The notes below the pieces were generated by a model. It ran no database searches. It saw nothing but the letters and a program-made list of their open reading frames with translations, and was not told the origin of the DNA. A stretch of 64,000 nucleotides of DNA from Longimicrobiales bacterium (lineage in GTDB: Bacteria > Gemmatimonadota > Gemmatimonadetes > Longimicrobiales > Gaopeijiaceae), in the NCBI GenBank assembly GCA_965202805.1, contig OZ241869.1, positions 928,001-992,000 of the forward strand, given 5' to 3'. Positions 60,833 through 64,000 of the stretch are shown here, piece by piece. Both the position numbers and the translations under genes were made by a program. Numbering within the stretch: the stretch's first letter is position 1; each line of letters begins with the position of its first letter.

Positions 60833-63277
60833 ATGCCGAGACTCCCGGAGATCTTCGAGACCCTCGAATACGGACCCGCCCCGGAGAGCGCGGACCGGGC
60901 GCAGGCCTGGCTGGAGGAGCGCGGACGCTCCTTCGGCCTGTTCATCGGCGGCGAGTGGGTCGAGGGTGCGCGGGCAGAGACGTTCGACACCGTCAACCCG
61001 GCCAACGGCATGGCCCTCGCGCGGATTGCCCAGGGAGGTCCCGAGGATGTCGACCGGGCCGTGCGCGCCGCCCGCGCCGCGCAGGAGCCGTGGTCGCAGC
61101 TGGGCGGTCACGCCCGGGCCCGCTTCCTGTACGCGCTGGCCCGCCGCATCCACCGGCACGCGCGCCTCTTCTCGGTCCTGGAGACGCTCGACAACGGCAA
61201 GCCCGTGCGCGAGTCGCGCGACATCGACATCCCGCTGGTCGTGCGCCACTTCTACCACCACGCGGGATGGGCGCAGCTGATGGATGCCGAGTTCCCGGAT
61301 CAGGTCCCGGTCGGCGTGGCCGGCCAGATCATCCCCTGGAACTTCCCGCTGCTGATGCTGGCGTGGAAGATCGCGCCCGCGCTGGCCACCGGGAACACGG
61401 TGGTGCTCAAGCCCGCCGAGTTCACGCCCCTGACCGCCCTGCTCTTCGCGGAGATCTGCCGGGAGGCCGGACTGCCCCCCGGGGTCGTGAACGTGGTGAC
61501 CGGTGACGGCCGCACCGGCGCCGAGCTGGTCGGGCACCCCGGCGTCGACAAGATCGCCTTCACCGGCTCTACGGAGGTGGGCCGCCTCATCCGCAGCCGG
61601 ACCGCCGGCAGCGGCAAGCGTCTCTCCCTCGAGCTGGGGGGCAAGTCGCCCTTCATCGTCTACGACGACGCGGACCTGGACGGCGTGGTCGAGGGGGTCG
61701 TCGACGCCATCTGGTTCAACCAGGGGCAGGTGTGCTGCGCGGGCTCGCGCATTCTGGTTCAGGAGGGCGTCGCGGAGGCGCTGGAACGCAAGCTCAAGGC
61801 GCGCATGGAGACGCTGCGCATGGGCGATCCGCTGGACAAGGCCGTGGACATGGGCGCCATCATCGCGCCGGTTCAGCTCGAGAAGATCCGGCGGCTGGTG
61901 GACCAGGGCCGGCAGGACGGCGCGCACATCTGGCAACCGTCGTGGAGCACGCCCGCGGAGGGATTCTTCTACCCGCCGACGCTGTGCACCCGGGTGGCGC
62001 CCGCATCCGCCATCGCGCAGGTCGAGATCTTCGGGCCGGTGGTGGTGATGATGACCTTCCGCACGCCGGAGGAGTCGGTCCGGCTCGCCAACGACACGCG
62101 CTACGGGCTCGCGGCCAGCATCTGGAGCGAGAACATCAACCTGGCGCTGGACATCGCGCCGAAGGTGAAGGCGGGCACGGTGTGGATCAACTGCACCAAC
62201 GTCTTCGACGCGGCCTCCGGGTTCGGCGGCTACCGCGAGAGCGGCTTCGGGCGCGAGGGCGGGCGCGAGGGGCTGCACGAATACCTGCGGCCCAGGTGGC
62301 AGGCGCGCGGGCGGGACAACGCGGGAGGCGCGGGCGAAGTCGACGCAACGAAATCCGTTTCGTCCGGGGATGGGCGGCCGGCCATGCTCCCGGGGGACGA
62401 CGGGCCGCCCCGCGCGCGCGATGCGATGCCGCAGGTGGACCGCACCATCCGCATGTACATCGGGGGCCGCCAGATGCGGCCCGACGGCGGCTACACGATG
62501 CTCGTCCGCGGGGCCTCGGGAGAGGTGGCGGGAGAGGTGGGCCGCGGCAACCGCAAGGACATCCGCAACGCGGTCGAGGCGGCCCGCCGCGGCGCCGGAT
62601 GGGCGGACCGTACCGCCCATAACCGCGCGCAGATCCTCTACTTCATCGCCGAGAACCTCGCCGTGCGCGCGCCCGAGTTCGCGGCTCGCATCCGGTCACT
62701 CACCGGCGAGAGCCGGGAGCGCGCGTCCGAGGAGGTCGATCTCTCCGTCCGGCGGCTCTTCACCTACGCGGCGCACGCCGACAAGTGGGACGGGCTCGTG
62801 CACCGCACGCCCTATCGCAACGTCACCCTGGCCATGCCCGAGAGCCTGGGGGTGGTCGGCATCGTGTGCCCGGAGCGAAACCCGCTGCTGAGCTTCATTT
62901 CGCTGATCGCGCCCGCTATCGCAGCCGGCAACACCGTGGTCGCCCTCCCGTCTCGGCGCTGGCCGCTCTCCGCCACCGACTTCTGCCAGGTCCTGGACAC
63001 CTCCGACCTGCCCGACGGGGTGGTCAACGTCGTCACGGGCGAGCATGTGGAGCTGGCCCCGGTGCTGGCCGCGCACGACGACGTGGCGGCAATCTGGTAC
63101 TTCGGTGCCGAGGCCGGAGTGGAGGAGATCGAGCGGCTCTCCACCGGAAACATGAAGCAGACCTGGACGGAAGCCGGACTCCCCAGAAGATGGCGCACGC
63201 GCGCGCAGGGGGAAGGTGACGAGTTCCTGCGCCGCGCTACGCAGGTCAAGAACATCTGGATTCCCTACGGGGAGTAG
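60833..63277 (+). CDS. Long aldehyde dehydrogenase with an extra C-terminal domain (ALDH16-like)
   Basis: PWNFP, FTGST, ELGGKS, NQGQVCCAG and EIFGP, followed by a second nucleotide-binding-like domain. GTG at 60800 is an alternative start. Confidence 0.92.
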   Translation: MPRLPEIFETLEYGPAPESADRAQAWLEERGRSFGLFIGGEWVEGARAETFDTVNPANGMALARIAQGGPEDVDRAVRAARAAQEPWSQLGGHARARFLYALARRIHRHARLFSVLETLDNGKPVRESRDIDIPLVVRHFYHHAGWAQLMDAEFPDQVPVGVAGQIIPWNFPLLMLAWKIAPALATGNTVVLKPAEFTPLTALLFAEICREAGLPPGVVNVVTGDGRTGAELVGHPGVDKIAFTGSTEVGRLIRSRTAGSGKRLSLELGGKSPFIVYDDADLDGVVEGVVDAIWFNQGQVCCAGSRILVQEGVAEALERKLKARMETLRMGDPLDKAVDMGAIIAPVQLEKIRRLVDQGRQDGAHIWQPSWSTPAEGFFYPPTLCTRVAPASAIAQVEIFGPVVVMMTFRTPEESVRLANDTRYGLAASIWSENINLALDIAPKVKAGTVWINCTNVFDAASGFGGYRESGFGREGGREGLHEYLRPRWQARGRDNAGGAGEVDATKSVSSGDGRPAMLPGDDGPPRARDAMPQVDRTIRMYIGGRQMRPDGGYTMLVRGASGEVAGEVGRGNRKDIRNAVEAARRGAGWADRTAHNRAQILYFIAENLAVRAPEFAARIRSLTGESRERASEEVDLSVRRLFTYAAHADKWDGLVHRTPYRNVTLAMPESLGVVGIVCPERNPLLSFISLIAPAIAAGNTVVALPSRRWPLSATDFCQVLDTSDLPDGVVNVVTGEHVELAPVLAAHDDVAAIWYFGAEAGVEEIERLSTGNMKQTWTEAGLPRRWRTRAQGEGDEFLRRATQVKNIWIPYGE

Positions 63278-63326
63278 GGTGCCATGGCCACCCTCAAAGC
63301 GCCCTTTGCCGGGGAGGAAATGAGCG

Positions 63327-64000
63327 TTGACAGGTGATTCCGAGGCGCTGCGCGACCGGGTCGAGGTGCTGGAGCGGCGCGTTTCCGAACTGAGCCGCGC
63401 CGCCGTGCGCATCGGCGCGAGCCTCGATCCCGACGCGGTCCTGCAGGAGGTCGTCGACAGCGCCCGCGCGCTCACCGGCGCGCGCTACGGCCTGATCACG
63501 ACGGTCGACGAGGCGGGCCGCCCCCGCCGGTTCGTGGGCTCCGGGGTCACCGACGCCCAGTACCGGCAACTGAAGGGATGGGCCGACGGGCCGCGGCTGT
63601 TCGAGCATCTGACGAAGCTGCCGGGGCCGCTGAGGTTCGAGGACGTGCCCGGACACCTCCGGCGCCACGGGTTCGGGGCGGGCGTGCTGCCCTACGGCAC
63701 GGCGCTGGGCGCGCCGATCGATAGCGGCGGCGTGCGCGTCGGCTACCTCTTCGTCGCCGACAAGCGGGGCGGGGGTGACTTCACGGACGGGGACGGGAAG
63801 GTGCTCCCGCTGTTCGCGTCGCAGGCGGGGACGGCGATCGCCAACGCGCGCGCCTTCCGGGACGAGCAGCGGGCGCGGGCGCGGCTGGAGGCCCTGGTCG
63901 CCACCTCTCCGGTCGGGGTGGTGGTGCTGGACGCCGGATCCGGCGGCGTCGTGTCGGTGAACGGCGAGGCGAAGCGGATCGTCGAAGGCGTGCGGGTGGC
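63327..64000 (+). CDS. GAF-PAS signalling protein (runs off the window)
   Basis: Manual translation from TTG 63327: ASLDPDAVLQEVVDSARALTGARYG...DFTDGDGKVLPLFASQAGTAIANAR...TSPVGVVVLDA. GGAGG SD at 63313. Confidence 0.85.
   Translation, partial: MTGDSEALRDRVEVLERRVSELSRAAVRIGASLDPDAVLQEVVDSARALTGARYGLITTVDEAGRPRRFVGSGVTDAQYRQLKGWADGPRLFEHLTKLPGPLRFEDVPGHLRRHGFGAGVLPYGTALGAPIDSGGVRVGYLFVADKRGGGDFTDGDGKVLPLFASQAGTAIANARAFRDEQRARARLEALVATSPVGVVVLDAGSGGVVSVNGEAKRIVEGVRV

Noticed and set aside
63320..63337. In-frame TGA after ATG 63320 as a selenocysteine codon
   Set aside because: GAF homology is in a different frame (TTG 63327); read-through gives no recognisable protein.

Overview
GC-rich chromosomal window from a diderm bacterium. 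Gene content (LpxC-FabZ fusion, PorV-like protein, bshC, mcsA-mcsB-clpC, NagB-PIG-L fusion) points to the FCB group, most likely Gemmatimonadota; this is inferred, not taken from a 16S search. About 51 kb is co-oriented on the minus strand. It holds a lipoprotein-lptE-mrp-hemC-hldC-rdgB-tRNA-Pro block, a small decayed islet (37.6-39.8 kb), csp, tRNA-Arg, tRNA-His, nagB and one rRNA operon without ITS tRNAs. A tightly coupled cluster follows: era, porV-like, prfB (+1 frameshift), lysS, lolC/E, lolD, mcsA, mcsB, clpC, bamA, skp, lpxD, lpxC/fabZ, lpxA, gnnA-like, lpxB, lpxK, bshC, murJ, uvrC, gltX. The right end has lpxH, tonB, a GNAT, an S9 peptidase-like lipoprotein apparently missing its catalytic His, a Na+:solute symporter, a secreted HNH/Excalibur nuclease, tRNA-Sec, deoC, an ALDH16-like gene and a partial GAF-PAS sensor. 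I found no integrase, transposase, CRISPR array or intact defence system, and no clearly new multi-gene system is demonstrable from the sequence alone. The best leads are: (1) repeated degenerate copies ('echoes') of gene-start junctions, some forming coupled mini-ORFs; (2) a 17-bp copy of the tRNA-Sec 3' end bounding a 4.9-kb segment; (3) a possible extracellular-DNA/deoxyribose scavenging neighbourhood; (4) a collapsed metal-uptake/toxin-antitoxin islet.
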